A stretch of DNA of 64,000 nucleotides. Source: Vulcanimicrobiota bacterium. Its GTDB lineage: Bacteria; Vulcanimicrobiota; Vulcanimicrobiia; Eremiobacterales; Eremiobacteraceae. Every line of letters begins with the position of its first letter. The first letter of the stretch is position 1. A model generated the notes under the pieces. That model worked only from the letters and a program-made list of their open reading frames with translations. It ran no database searches and was not told where the DNA came from. Both the position numbers and the translations under genes were made by a program. The stretch covers positions 256,001-320,000 of the forward strand of contig CAWDVP010000002.1 in assembly GCA_963805945.1 (NCBI GenBank), read 5' to 3'. Below are positions 54,050-64,000 of the stretch, piece after piece.

Positions 54050-55024
54050 ATGTTGATAGTCGCGAGTCTTGCTCACAGCGCGTTGTTCGGAGTGCTCGGG
54101 TTCGTCAACCCGTTCGGCGCCGCATTCGACTCGTTGGCCCATCTCATCGGCAGCGGGTTGGATTGGATCAACGGCATCACCCACAACTACGGCTGGTCGA
54201 TGCTCGTCTTCGCGCTCGCCGTCCGCGTCGCGCTTATCCCGCTCTTCTTGCAGCAGTTCAAGTCCATGAAAGAGATGCAGGCGCTCGCGCCCTACCTCAA
54301 GCGGCTGCAGACCAAGTACAAGGACAACAAGACCAAGCTCCAAGAGGAGACGATGGCGCTGTATCGCGAGCACGGCGTCAACCCGCTCGGCGGCTGTCTG
54401 CCCATCCTCGTGCAGATGCCGATCCTGTTCGCGGTGTACCGCGCGATCACGCTCCACAACGAGCAGTTCAAGAGCGCGACCTGGGCCTGGATCGGCTCGC
54501 CGATGTCGCATCAGTACTCGCACATCCTCGCGACCAATCTCTTCCAGCCCGACAAAGTGCTGCTGTTCGCTTATGCGGTGTCGCTGTATTTCTCGATGCG
54601 TCTCACGCCGACGGGGTCGATGGAGCCGTCGCAGCAGCAGATGATGAAGATCCAAGCGCTCATGATGCCGGTCGTCTTGTTCTTCATCGGGCAGGGCTGG
54701 TCGTCGGCGTTCGTGCTCTACTGGCTGGGCTTCAACCTCATCAGCATGCTGCAGCAATGGCTCATCATGCGCGCGCCCTCGCGCATCGGCCAGCCGCCCG
54801 CCGAGACGCCCGCGACGCTGGCCGGCTATCCGCTGGACTGCCCGTCGTGCAACGAGCGGCTCGTCGTGGTCAAGGGCAGCAAGTGCGAGAAGTGCGGCGC
54901 CAAGGTGCGCAAGCTCGCGCCCGGCGCCAACGGGGCTGCCGCGGCGCCGACATTTCAGATTTCCGGCGGCGCACAGCCCGCCGGCAACGGCAAACAGACT
55001 GGGGGAGGCGCGAGGAACTCATGA
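54050..55024 (+). CDS. yidC: YidC/Oxa1 membrane insertase (short type) with a C-terminal CxxC..CxxC
   Basis: NYGWS, LYREHGVNPLGGCLPILVQMPIL, VLYW..QQW. Confidence 0.92.
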   Translation: MLIVASLAHSALFGVLGFVNPFGAAFDSLAHLIGSGLDWINGITHNYGWSMLVFALAVRVALIPLFLQQFKSMKEMQALAPYLKRLQTKYKDNKTKLQEETMALYREHGVNPLGGCLPILVQMPILFAVYRAITLHNEQFKSATWAWIGSPMSHQYSHILATNLFQPDKVLLFAYAVSLYFSMRLTPTGSMEPSQQQMMKIQALMMPVVLFFIGQGWSSAFVLYWLGFNLISMLQQWLIMRAPSRIGQPPAETPATLAGYPLDCPSCNERLVVVKGSKCEKCGAKVRKLAPGANGAAAAPTFQISGGAQPAGNGKQTGGGARNS

Positions 55025-55773
55025 GCGGTTACGGTTCGAACTACGGCGGGCGCGGCGATCGGCCGCGCGGTGGCGGTTCGCGGGTACGCGCTGGCGGCGG
55101 CTCGCGCGGCGGGCCGCGTTCGGGAGGCTACGGCCGTGACGGCGGGCGCAACGGCGGCTACCGCGAAAGCGCCGGCCGGCCGGTGAAGCAGACATGTCCG
55201 CCCGAGCTGCGCGATTCGTTCTTGGAGGCGCGCGATTTCTTAGCGGGCCTCATCTCGGCGCTCGGCTTGCCCGCGCGCATCTCGTTCGGCGGCATCGAGC
55301 CGGCGCGCGACGGACGCCAGGTGATGATCGACGTGCGCGGTTTGCGCCCGGGCGCGCCGCCGGACCGCTTCCGGCGCGACGAAGAGCCCGATGACGACGA
55401 TCTCGGCATCTTGATCGGCAAGCACGGCGCGATGATCGACGCGCTCACCGCGATCACCAACGCGATGATGCACCGCGGCGAATCCGAAGGGCTGTTCTTC
55501 GCGGTCGACGTCGAAGGCTATCGTTCGCGGCGTCTCGCGACGCTGCGCTCGATCGCGCAGCGCAGCGCGGATCGCGTCTTGCGCGAAGGCGTGGCGCTCG
55601 AATTGGCGCCGATGCCGCCGTCGGAACGGCGCATCGTGCACATGACGCTCGCCTCGCACCCGAGCCTCGCCACCGAATCGACCGGCAGCGGGATCAACCG
55701 GCGCGTCGTCATCGTGCCGCGCGGCCGCGTTGCGGCGCCCGCCGATTATCCGCCCGAAGAGTCCGACTACTAA
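55021..55773 (+). CDS. jag: Jag/KhpB (EloR)-like KH + R3H RNA-binding protein with an RG-rich N-terminus
   Basis: ATG 55021; LIGKHG, DVEGYR, PMPPSERRIVH, STGSG..RRVVI. Confidence 0.88.
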   Translation: MSGYGSNYGGRGDRPRGGGSRVRAGGGSRGGPRSGGYGRDGGRNGGYRESAGRPVKQTCPPELRDSFLEARDFLAGLISALGLPARISFGGIEPARDGRQVMIDVRGLRPGAPPDRFRRDEEPDDDDLGILIGKHGAMIDALTAITNAMMHRGESEGLFFAVDVEGYRSRRLATLRSIAQRSADRVLREGVALELAPMPPSERRIVHMTLASHPSLATESTGSGINRRVVIVPRGRVAAPADYPPEESDY

Positions 55774-55798
55774 CACCGCGTCGCCCGGGAGCGACCGC

Positions 55799-57185
55799 AT
55801 GGATGCTGCTGCGCCGCACGACGACGACACGATCGCCGCGATCGCGACGCCGCCTGGCGTTTCGGCCGTGGCGATCGTCCGCATCTCGGGTTCGCGCTCT
55901 TTGGCGGTCGCGTCGGCGTGTTTCGAAGCATCGCGCTCTGGTACGTTACGCCATGCGCGCGCGCGGCGCGGCTGGGTGCGCGATCCTTCCTCGGCCAACG
56001 GTTTGACGACGCGCTCGCCTTAGCTTTTCTCGCGCCGCATTCGTATACCGGAGAAGATGTCGTCGAATTGCAGGTGCATGGCGGTGCGGGCGTCGTCGCT
56101 TCCGTGCTCGCAAGCTCGCTTGCAGCTGGGGCGCGCCTCGCAGCGCCGGGAGAATTCACGCGGCGCGCGTTCGTCAACGGCAAGCTCGACCTCGCACAGG
56201 CCGAAGCGGTCGCCGATCTCATTGATGCGCAGTCGCGCCAGGCCGCGGCCGCGGCGGCGGTGCGGCTCGAGGGTGCACTCGGTCGCGCGCTGCGCGAATA
56301 CCGCGAAACGCTCACCGCGCGGCTCGTCGAGATCGAGGCGCACGTCGACTATCCCGATGAAGTGCCGGCGCCGGATAGCGCCGCGTTGGCGCGCGTCGTG
56401 CGCGAACAGCGCGAGGGCGTGGACGCGCTTTTGGCGGGCTCAGGTGCGGCGCGCGTTTTGCGCGACGGGCTCGACTGCGTCATCGCCGGGCCGCCCAACG
56501 CCGGCAAGTCGTCGCTGCTCAACGCGCTCGTGGACGCGGAGCGCGCCATCGTTTCGGAGACGCCCGGCACGACGCGCGATATCGTCGAGGAACACGTCGC
56601 CGTCGATGGCGTCGTGCTGCGTCTGCGAGATACCGCCGGATTGCGCATCACCGCGGACGCCGTCGAAGCCGAGGGTGTCGCGCGCGCCAAGCGCGCGATC
56701 GGCGATGCCGAGCTCGTCGGTAATCGTGCTCGACGGTTCGCGTGCGATCGATAGCGAGGCGAGCGATCTGCTTGCCGCGAGCGCCGGCCGGCCGCGGCTC
56801 GTACTGCTCAACAAACTTGATCTCGGCGATGACGGTGCGCGCGCATTCGCACGAACGTCTTCGGATATCACGTTCATCGGCGGCAGCGTGCGCTGGCCGA
56901 AGACGGTGAGCGCGCTGCGCGCGGAGATCGCGCGACTGGGTTGGGGCGGCGGTGCGATCGCGGCGAACAATGTCTTGGTGGCGAATGGGCGTCAGATCGA
57001 GGCGCTCACGCGCGCCCGTGAAGCGCTCGCGCATGCGCAGGCGACGCTCAATGCAGGCGTGCCCATCGATATGCTGGCCGGCGACATGCGCGCGGCGATC
57101 GCGGCTATATGGCGAGGTGACAGGCGAGACGGTGACCGAGGACGTGCTCGACGGGATCTTCTCTCGCTTCTGCGTCGGCAAGTAA
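55799..57185 (+). CDS. mnmE: tRNA modification GTPase MnmE; frameshifted
   Basis: DTIAAIATPPG, PHSYTGEDVVE, GEFTRRAFVNGK, GPPNAGKSS, GTTRD, DTAG, NKLD, FSRFCVGK*. Confidence 0.95.
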
Positions 57186-57284
57186 GAAGGTTGGTTAGCG
57201 TCCGAGCGCATGGTAGTCGAACACGACCCATTTACACAACGCGCGCAACAGACAAAATACGAATGTTAGAAGGTTGAGTTAGAC

Positions 57285-57698
57285 TTGGCGGTCGATATTG
57301 TTCAGCTGCAAGACTTCTTGGCGGCTGCGATTTACGGTCTTCTACACGGCGAGACGGCCGTTGCTAGAACGGTGACCATCTGGATTCTCTCCTGGGTTTC
57401 GCGAAGATCCAAGCTTCACTTTGCGAAATCAGTCGAGTTCACTGCGCTTGCTCGACGCTGTTCAACAGCGATGGTGCAGCGGGGAACGTTCTCCGCCCCG
57501 ATGGGGCAGTGCTCGACAAGAATGAACTCATCGTTTGCGACTGAACCTGATTATGTCGCGTTTAAAGTTGATTTCGCAAGACCGGTTATTCTTCGCTCAG
57601 TCGGCCCCGAACGTTTGAAAGGGGATCCCGGCTCGACCTTGGCAGAGTTTCTGGCTTGGAGCGGTTTGGGTACCGCATCCAATACAGCGTTAGGATAG
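57285..57698 (+). CDS. Hypothetical protein or gene remnant in a lower-GC insert
   Basis: 137-aa ORF with atypical composition; no recognisable motif. Confidence 0.25.
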   Translation: MAVDIVQLQDFLAAAIYGLLHGETAVARTVTIWILSWVSRRSKLHFAKSVEFTALARRCSTAMVQRGTFSAPMGQCSTRMNSSFATEPDYVAFKVDFARPVILRSVGPERLKGDPGSTLAEFLAWSGLGTASNTALG

Positions 57699-57725
57699 CC
57701 CGCCGGAGCAAAGGAATGCGATGAT

Positions 57726-57950
57726 ATGCTAGGATTCGAGCAACCAAAGCCCACATTTCTCAAGGCCTGGTTGTCAAGTCTGTTCATCGCGATCCCGGGC
57801 GCGCTAATCGCGATCTACGGGTTTCACACGGCTGTGCTCGGGACCGTCTTGGTAGCATTTTTGGGAAGTCTCATCATGGCGTACAGCATCAACCAGCGCG
57901 TGAGCAATGACTGGCGCGCGAAGGACACGCTCGATAGGTACAAGCGCTAG
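57726..57950 (+). CDS. Small two-TM hypothetical protein
   Basis: SD AAGGA upstream; two hydrophobic segments. Confidence 0.5.
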   Translation: MLGFEQPKPTFLKAWLSSLFIAIPGALIAIYGFHTAVLGTVLVAFLGSLIMAYSINQRVSNDWRAKDTLDRYKR

Positions 57951-57964
57951 CGAAGTCCGCGACT

Positions 57965-57989
57965 AGGACCGCCGAGCGCATCCGCGAAC
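57965..57989 (+). promoter_or_regulatory. Candidate sigmaH-like promoter for mnmG (AGGA-N17-GAAC, 14 nt before ATG)
   Basis: TAGGACCGCCGAGCGCATCCGCGAAC; no SD. Confidence 0.5.
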
Positions 57990-58003
57990 CAACCGCATCG
58001 GAT

Positions 58004-59867
58004 ATGAAGAACGATTTCGACGTCATCGTCATCGGCGGTGGCCACGCCGGCTGCGAAGCCGCGCTCGCATCCGCCCGCATGGGGGCGCGCACGCTCGTCG
58101 TCACCGGCAGGCTCGACACGATCGGGCTCATGCCGTGCAATCCGTCGATCGGCGGACCGGCCAAGGGCCAGCTCGCGCGCGAAGTGGATGCGCTCGGCGG
58201 CGAGATGGGCCGCGCCATCGACGACACATATCTTCACGTGCGCTGGCTCAACGAGAGCCGTGGCCCCGCCGTGCGGGCGTTGCGCGCGCAGGCCGACAAG
58301 GCGGCATACGCCGCGCGCATGCGGGCAGCGCTGGAAGCGCAGCCGGATCTCTTCTTATTGGAAGCTTTTGTCGTCGACCTGAAGACCGACGCCGGTGGCA
58401 TCATAGGTGTTGTGCTCAAGGACGGTTCGTTCCTTAGAGCGGGACAAGTCGTGCTATCGGCCGGCACCTTTATGAGCGGCAAACTGTTCGCGGGTGAGCG
58501 ATCGACGGCCGGCGGTCGCGTCGGCGAGGCGCCCAGCATCGGGTTGTCTGACGCGTTGCGTCGACTCGGCTTTCCGACGGTGCGTCTGAAGACCGGCACG
58601 CCGCCGCGCGTGCACGCGGACTCGATCGATTTCACAAAGACGGAAACGCAGCCGCCGAGTCCGGTGCCGCTCGCCTTCTCCTATCGCAGCGTGCCGAAAT
58701 TTCCCGGACCGCAACTCGCGTGCCACATCACGAGCACCAACGATGCGACGCACGCGCTGATCCGCGCAAATTTGCATCGCTCGCCGATGTACGGACTCGG
58801 CGCGATCGAAGGCGTCGGCCCGCGCTACTGTCCGTCGATCGAAGATAAAGTGGTGAAGTTCGCGCACAACCCGAGTCATCAGATCTTTCTCGAACCGGAA
58901 GGCCGCGAAACGAAGTGGACATATGTCGGCGGATTCTCGACGTCGCTGCCGGACGAAGTGCAACTCGAGATGCTGCACACGTTGCCCGGACTCGAACATG
59001 CGGAGATGCTGCGCGCCGGGCTACGCGGTGGAATACGATTGCGTGCCGCCGACCGAACTACGCGCAACGCTAGAGACCAAGCGGGTTAGCGGGCTTTATC
59101 ACGCCGGCCAAGTGAACGGCACCTCGGGCTATGAAGAGGCCGCCGCGCAAGGCATCGTCGCCGGCATGAACGCAGCGTTGCGCGCGCAAGGTCGCGAGCA
59201 GATCACGTTTTCGCGCGCGACGTCGTACATCGGCACGCTCATCGACGATCTCATCACGCAAGGCGCAGCCGAACCATATCGCATGTTGTCGTCGCGCGCG
59301 GAGTTCCGATTGTTGCTGCGTCACGACAACGCCGACACGCGACTCATGCCGATCGGACGCGCCGTAGGTTTGGTGGACGACGCGAATTGGCGCGATTTCG
59401 AGTGGCGCATGGCGACGATGGAGCGCGAGCGCGCGCGTCTCGAAGCGACGCGAGCGAGCGCCGACATGCGCGCTCGCTTCGACGCCGAGCCCGGCGCGAC
59501 GCTGGCACAGTTGCTGCGCCGTCAGGATTCGGAGTACGCCGCGATCGCGGGGGACGACGCGATTGATCCGGAGCTCGGCGAGCGGTTGGTCACCGAACTG
59601 CGCTACGAAGGCTATATCCGCCGCCAGGCACAGGCGGTCGAGCGCCTCGCCAAGGCCGAACATGCCAGGATCCCCGCTGATTTCGACTACGGCTCGTGCC
59701 GCGGGCTCTCGCGCGAAGCGACCGAGAAGCTGGGAGCGCTGCGGCCCGAGACGGTCGGCCAGGCCGGGCGCATCCCGGGCGTGACGCCGGCAGACGTGGC
59801 GGTCGTGTCGGTCTACCTGCGCCGCTGGCGCGAGGCCCCGCCCGCGCTCGCCGGCGCCGCGGTGTGA
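58004..59867 (+). CDS. mnmG: tRNA uridine 5-carboxymethylaminomethyl modification enzyme MnmG; frameshift near 59020
   Basis: [64 protein letters not shown]. Confidence 0.96.
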
Positions 59868-60529
59868 GCTCGGAAGAGCCGCTCGATCGGCTCATCGATG
59901 GGCTGCGGACGCTCGGCTTCGAGCACCCCGCCCGCCTCGCGGGCCGTCTGGCCGAGTTCTCCGGCCTTCTGCTCGAGGCCAACACCCGGACCAATCTCGT
60001 CGGCGCAAAGACGCTCGAAGGCCTCGTCGCGCCGCACCTGCTCGACAGCCTGGCGCCCCTGGCCGGGCTGCGCCTGGCCTCGCCGGTGGTGGATGTGGGC
60101 AGCGGCGGGGGAATGCCCGGCATCCCCGCGGCGCTTGCCTTTCCCGCGAGCCGCTTCGTGCTGCTCGAGCCCAGGGCCAAACGGGTGGCGTTTCTCAAGG
60201 AAGCAGTGGCCGCGTTAGGGTTGAGCAACGTCGAGATCGAGCAGACCTCGGCGCAGACAGCCTGCAAGACGACCTTGCGGCGGGCGCCGGGACGCTGCTG
60301 GTCCGGGCCCTCGCCAAGCCGGCCGAAACCCTAGAGCTGGCCTTGCCGCTTCTCGCCCCGGCGGGCCGGTCTGATCCTCTACCTGGGGCGCGCGGCGACG
60401 CCCACCATGGCCGAGGTCGCGACGATGAAGCGCCTTGGGGCGCGGCTGGCAGAGGCCCGCCGCCTTCAGGTTCCGTACCTTGAGGCGCAACGGCACGTCT
60501 GGATCATCAAGAGAATAACGGTCGAATAA
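59864..60529 (+). CDS. rsmG: 16S rRNA m7G527 methyltransferase RsmG; frameshifted
   Basis: [34 protein letters not shown]; follows mnmG. Confidence 0.9.
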
Positions 60530-60542
60530 ATTCGACCGCTCC
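60519..60542 (-). repeat. REP-like palindrome class C overlapping the rsmG stop
   Basis: GGAG-CGGTCGAA-TTTA-TTCGACCG. Confidence 0.7.
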
Positions 60543-60566
60543 ATGACGCCGAGAAGGGTCGGAAAA

Positions 60567-60582
60567 GGTTTCACGTGGAACA
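60567..60582. promoter_or_regulatory. parS centromere-like site
   Basis: GGTTTCACGTGGAACA, one mismatch to consensus TGTTTCACGTGNAACA; near parAB and oriC. Confidence 0.85.
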
Positions 60583-60584
60583 TT

Positions 60585-61961
60585 ATGGCTGACTTCGAGC
60601 GCCTGCTCGTCGAGGCACTGCCCGAGGCCGGGGTGTATGCCGTCGGCGGCAGCGTGCGCGACGCCGTGCTCGCGGAGCTTGGTAAGCCCCAGCCCAACGC
60701 GCCGGACCTCGATTACCTGGTCACCGGGCTGCCGCTCGAGACGCTCTTGGAGCGGCTCCGGCCGCTGGGCCGGGCGGAGGTCGTCGGGGCGTCCTTCGGG
60801 GTCATCAAGTTCAGCCGCGACGACGCGACGGTGGACATCGCGCTGCCCCGGCGCGAGCGCTCGACCGGCCCGCACCACCGGGACTTCGAGATCCAGTCGG
60901 CGCCGGATATCCCCATAGAAGAAGACCTGGGGCGGCGGGATTTCCGGATCAACATGATGGCGCGCGACGTCCGGACTGGGGCGATCGTCGACCCCACGGC
61001 GGCCGGGCCGACCTCGAGGCCGGCCGGCTGGACGTGCTGCGCGAGCAGGCCTTCGAAGAGGACCCGTTGCGGATCTTGCGCGGGGCCCAATTCGCGGCCC
61101 GTTTCGAGCTCGTGCCGACGCCCGCAACCCTCGCAGCCATGCGGGATGCAGCCGACAAGGTGCCCAGCGTGGCGCCCGAGCGGATCGCCGACGAGCTGGC
61201 CAAACTGCTCACCCTGGCGGAGCGGCCGAGCGTGGGTCTCGAGCTGCTGCGCGACACCGGGGCGCTGACCTACGTCATGCCGGAGCTGCTCGAGGGCTGG
61301 GGCGTCGAGCAGAACCAATACCACGCCTACTCGGTCTACGAGCACAGCCTGCGGGCGTGCGACGCGGCCCCGGCAGGAGCCGCTCGAGCTACGCCTGGCG
61401 GCGCTGCTGCACGACGTCGGCAAGCCCCGCACCAAGGAGGGTCCGCACTTCTACGGCCACGAGAAGGTCGGGGCCGACATGACCCGGGCGCTGCTCGAAC
61501 GGCTGCGCTTCGGCGGCGACCTCGTCGACCGGGTGACGGGCCTGGTCGCCAACCACATGTACACCACCGCCGACGCCGTCTCCGATGCCGGCATCCGGCG
61601 CTTCATCCGGCGCGTCGGCCGGACAACGTGGACGATCTCTTCGCCTGCGCCACGCAGACGTCGAGGCCACCGGCCTGCCGCCCCACGACGGCGGCGAGAA
61701 CGAGCGCTTCGAAGCCCGGGTCCGAGGGTGCTGGGGGCCGGCCACCCGATGAGCATCGCCGATCTGCAGATCAAAGGAGAGGAAGTCATCGGGATCATGC
61801 GTGACATGGGAGTCGTCGGAGCCGACTTCCAGGGCGACGGACGCGTCGGCGCGGCGCTGCGCGCCTGCCTTGAAGAGGTCCTCGACGACCCCGGCCGCAA
61901 TGAGCCGCAAGCGCTGCGCTCCATTGTGCGCAGCTTTTTTGATTCCAAGAAGCCCAAATAG
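60585..61961 (+). CDS. cca: Class II tRNA nucleotidyltransferase (CCA-adding-like) with HD domain; frameshifted
   Basis: VGGSVRD, DLDY, EDLGRRDFRIN, EDPLRILRGAQF, ERIADE, LLHDVGKP. Confidence 0.85.
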
Positions 61962-61979
61962 GTCTGCATAGCGGGACAA

Positions 61980-62764
61980 ATGGCTAAGCGAAAACCACAG
62001 AGCGGGACGAACCGCACCATCGCCATCGCCAACCAAAAAGGCGGCGTCGGCAAGACGACCACCGCGGTGAACCTCGCCGCCGCGCTCGCGCAGCGCGGCC
62101 GGCGCGTCTTGCTCGTCGACGTCGATCCGCAAGGCAACTCGACCACCGCGCTCGGCATCGAGAAAGCCGCGGTGAAGAAATGCATCTACGACGTGCTGCT
62201 CGCGTCGGCCGGTCTCGATGAAGCGGTGCTCGAAACGAACGTGAGCGGGCTGTCGATCGTGCCCGCGACGCTCAATCTCGCAGGCGCGGAGATCGAACTC
62301 GTGTCAGCGTTGTCGCGCGAACAGCGGCTGCGCACCGCGCTGCAGGCGAGCGCGACGACCTATGACGACATCATCATCGACTGCCCGCCGTCGCTCGGCT
62401 TGCTCACGCTCAACGCGCTCACCGCGGCGCGCTGGCTCATCGTGCCGGTGCAGGCGGAATACCTCGCGTTAGAAGGGCTCGGCCAGCTCACGCGCGTCAT
62501 CGGCCTGGTGCGCACGCATCTCGACGAGGACCTGGAGATCATGGCGTGCTCGTGACGATGTACGACGGGCGCACGAATCTCGCGACGCAGGTGGTCGCCG
62601 AAGTCGAGAGCTTCTTCCCCGGCGTGGTGTTCGCCACGCGCATCCCGCGCACGATCCGGTTGTCGGAAGCGCCGTCGTACGGCAAACCGATCGGCACATT
62701 CGACGCCAAGAGCAAGGGCGCGCTCGCATATGCGGCGCTCGCCGACGAGGTACTAGCGAGATGA
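61980..62764 (+). CDS. parA: Chromosome partitioning ATPase ParA/Soj; frameshift near 62545
   Basis: [45 protein letters not shown]. Confidence 0.94.
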
Positions 62765-63635
62765 GCAAACAGCGTGGACTCGGCCGCGGTCTGGGGGCGC
62801 TGTTCCCGGGCGCCGATGCGCGCGGGGCGGCGCGTCCAGCGACCGCACGGTGATGGCGCTCGCGCTTCCGACGTCGCGCCGAATCCCGCAGCAGCCGCGG
62901 CGCGCCTTCGAGGGCGACGCACTCGCGCTGCTCGCGCGATCGATGAAGGCGAAAGGCGTGCTGGCCCCGAGCCTGGTGCGCCCCAAACACATCGGGGCCG
63001 CGCACTACGATGACATCGCCGGCGAACGGCGCTGGCGCGCGGCCAAGCTCGCCGGCCTGCGCACCATACAGGCGCTGATGCACGACACGAAGGACGGTCA
63101 CGCGATCGAATTGACGCTGTTCGGACCTGCAGCGCACCGATCTGAACCCGATCGAAGAGGCCTCGGGCTATCGCCGGCTCATCGCCGAGTACGATTTCGC
63201 GCAAGAGTCCTGGCGCAGCGCTCGGCAAAGCGCGGCCCACCATGGCCAACGCGCTGCGCCTGCTGTCATTGCCCGATACGGTGCAGGCGATGGTCCGCGA
63301 CAGCAAGCTCTCCGCCGGCCACGCGCAGGCGCTCGCCGCGTTGCCCGATCCCAAAGCGGTGAAGCTAGCGCGCCAGACGATCGAGCACGGTTGGAACATG
63401 CACGAGCTCGAGCGCGCGGTGTCGCCGCCCGGCTATTCCAGATCGGCGCGCGGCCGCGCAGCGGCCGCCCGAGCTGTCCAGCAGATTTCGCCGAGGTCGA
63501 AAGCCGTTTGCGCTTCGCGCTCGCGACGCGCGTGGCGCTGCGTCGCGGCACACACAGCGGCAGCATCGGATCCACTACGCGGACGATGACGAATTGCAGC
63601 GCATCGTCGACCGCATCTGTCCGGAGGCATCGTGA
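62761..63635 (+). CDS. parB: Chromosome partitioning protein ParB/Spo0J; several frameshifts
   Basis: [56 protein letters not shown]. Confidence 0.9.
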
Positions 63636-64000
63636 AACGCGTCTTCATCCCGCTCGTCGCCTGCGCGCTGGCGCTCTCCGCCGCTACGCCTAAGCCGTCG
63701 CCCGCGCCATCTCCCGATCCCGCCACCATCGCCGCCGTGACACAGTACGTAAACGCGCTCGCGCACAGCGATTTCAAAGCGGCCTACGCCATATCAAGCA
63801 CATCGCCGCAGCATTACTTCCTCAGCCCGAACAACCTCGCGTCGAATACGCAGACGACGAACTACGTCGTCAAGAAGGCGACCGTCTTCGGCGTGATCTC
63901 ACACGGCGCGATCATCGAAGTCGTCATGCGCGAAGAGGTGTCGTTCCTCGACATCGGCATCCAGAAGACCATCAAGGGCGGGATGAACGAGCCTATTTCG
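63632..64000 (+). CDS. Secreted hypothetical protein, partial
   Basis: GTG 63632: MKRVFIPLVACALALSAATPKPSPAPSPDP..QYVNALAHSDFKAAY; open to the window end. Confidence 0.65.
   Translation, partial: MKRVFIPLVACALALSAATPKPSPAPSPDPATIAAVTQYVNALAHSDFKAAYAISSTSPQHYFLSPNNLASNTQTTNYVVKKATVFGVISHGAIIEVVMREEVSFLDIGIQKTIKGGMNEPIS

Overview
High-GC bacterial chromosome segment spanning the replication origin. Genes left of the dnaA/rpmH divergence are mostly on the minus strand and genes to the right are on the plus strand. Order on the left: rng (partial), two tandem beta-propeller lipoproteins, rodA, an inserted membrane protein, minE-minD-minD-minC, M48 protease, recR-ybaB-dnaX and a recQ-like helicase. 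Then a large outer-membrane biogenesis cluster of the diderm-Terrabacteria type, read from the gyrB side: tamB, bamA, three skp-like genes, lpxD, lpxC, fabZ, lpxA, lpxB, metallophosphoesterase, LpxB-related GT, O-antigen ligase-like, lptC, lptB, lptF/G, DUF3084-like, YqgF-like and SLH-porin. Then gyrB-dciA-recF-dnaN-oriC-dnaA | rpmH-rnpA-yidD-yidC-jag-mnmE-[low-GC insert]-mnmG-rsmG-parS-cca-parA-parB. Gene content suggests a diderm Terrabacterium such as Eremiobacterota/Vulcanimicrobiota (inference only). Many essential genes are frameshifted, which I read as long-read indel errors, so boundaries of those genes are approximate. Most interesting observations: (1) a metallophosphoesterase with a GNRE motif coupled to lpxB where lpxH/lpxI is missing, a candidate new UDP-diacylglucosamine hydrolase; (2) a recurrent sigmaH-like AGG(A/T)-N17/18-GAA motif upstream of housekeeping and envelope genes, often 11-14 nt before SD-less starts; (3) three classes of REP-like palindromes, one of which lies inside the coding regions of minC, minD2 and dciA; (4) a duplicated minD with an Arg-tailed MinE; (5) a giant coiled-coil Skp-like lipoprotein, a YidC with a zinc-ribbon tail and a RecQ with a PcrA-type Tudor tail. 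No CRISPR array, rRNA, tRNA, integrase or transposase was seen.
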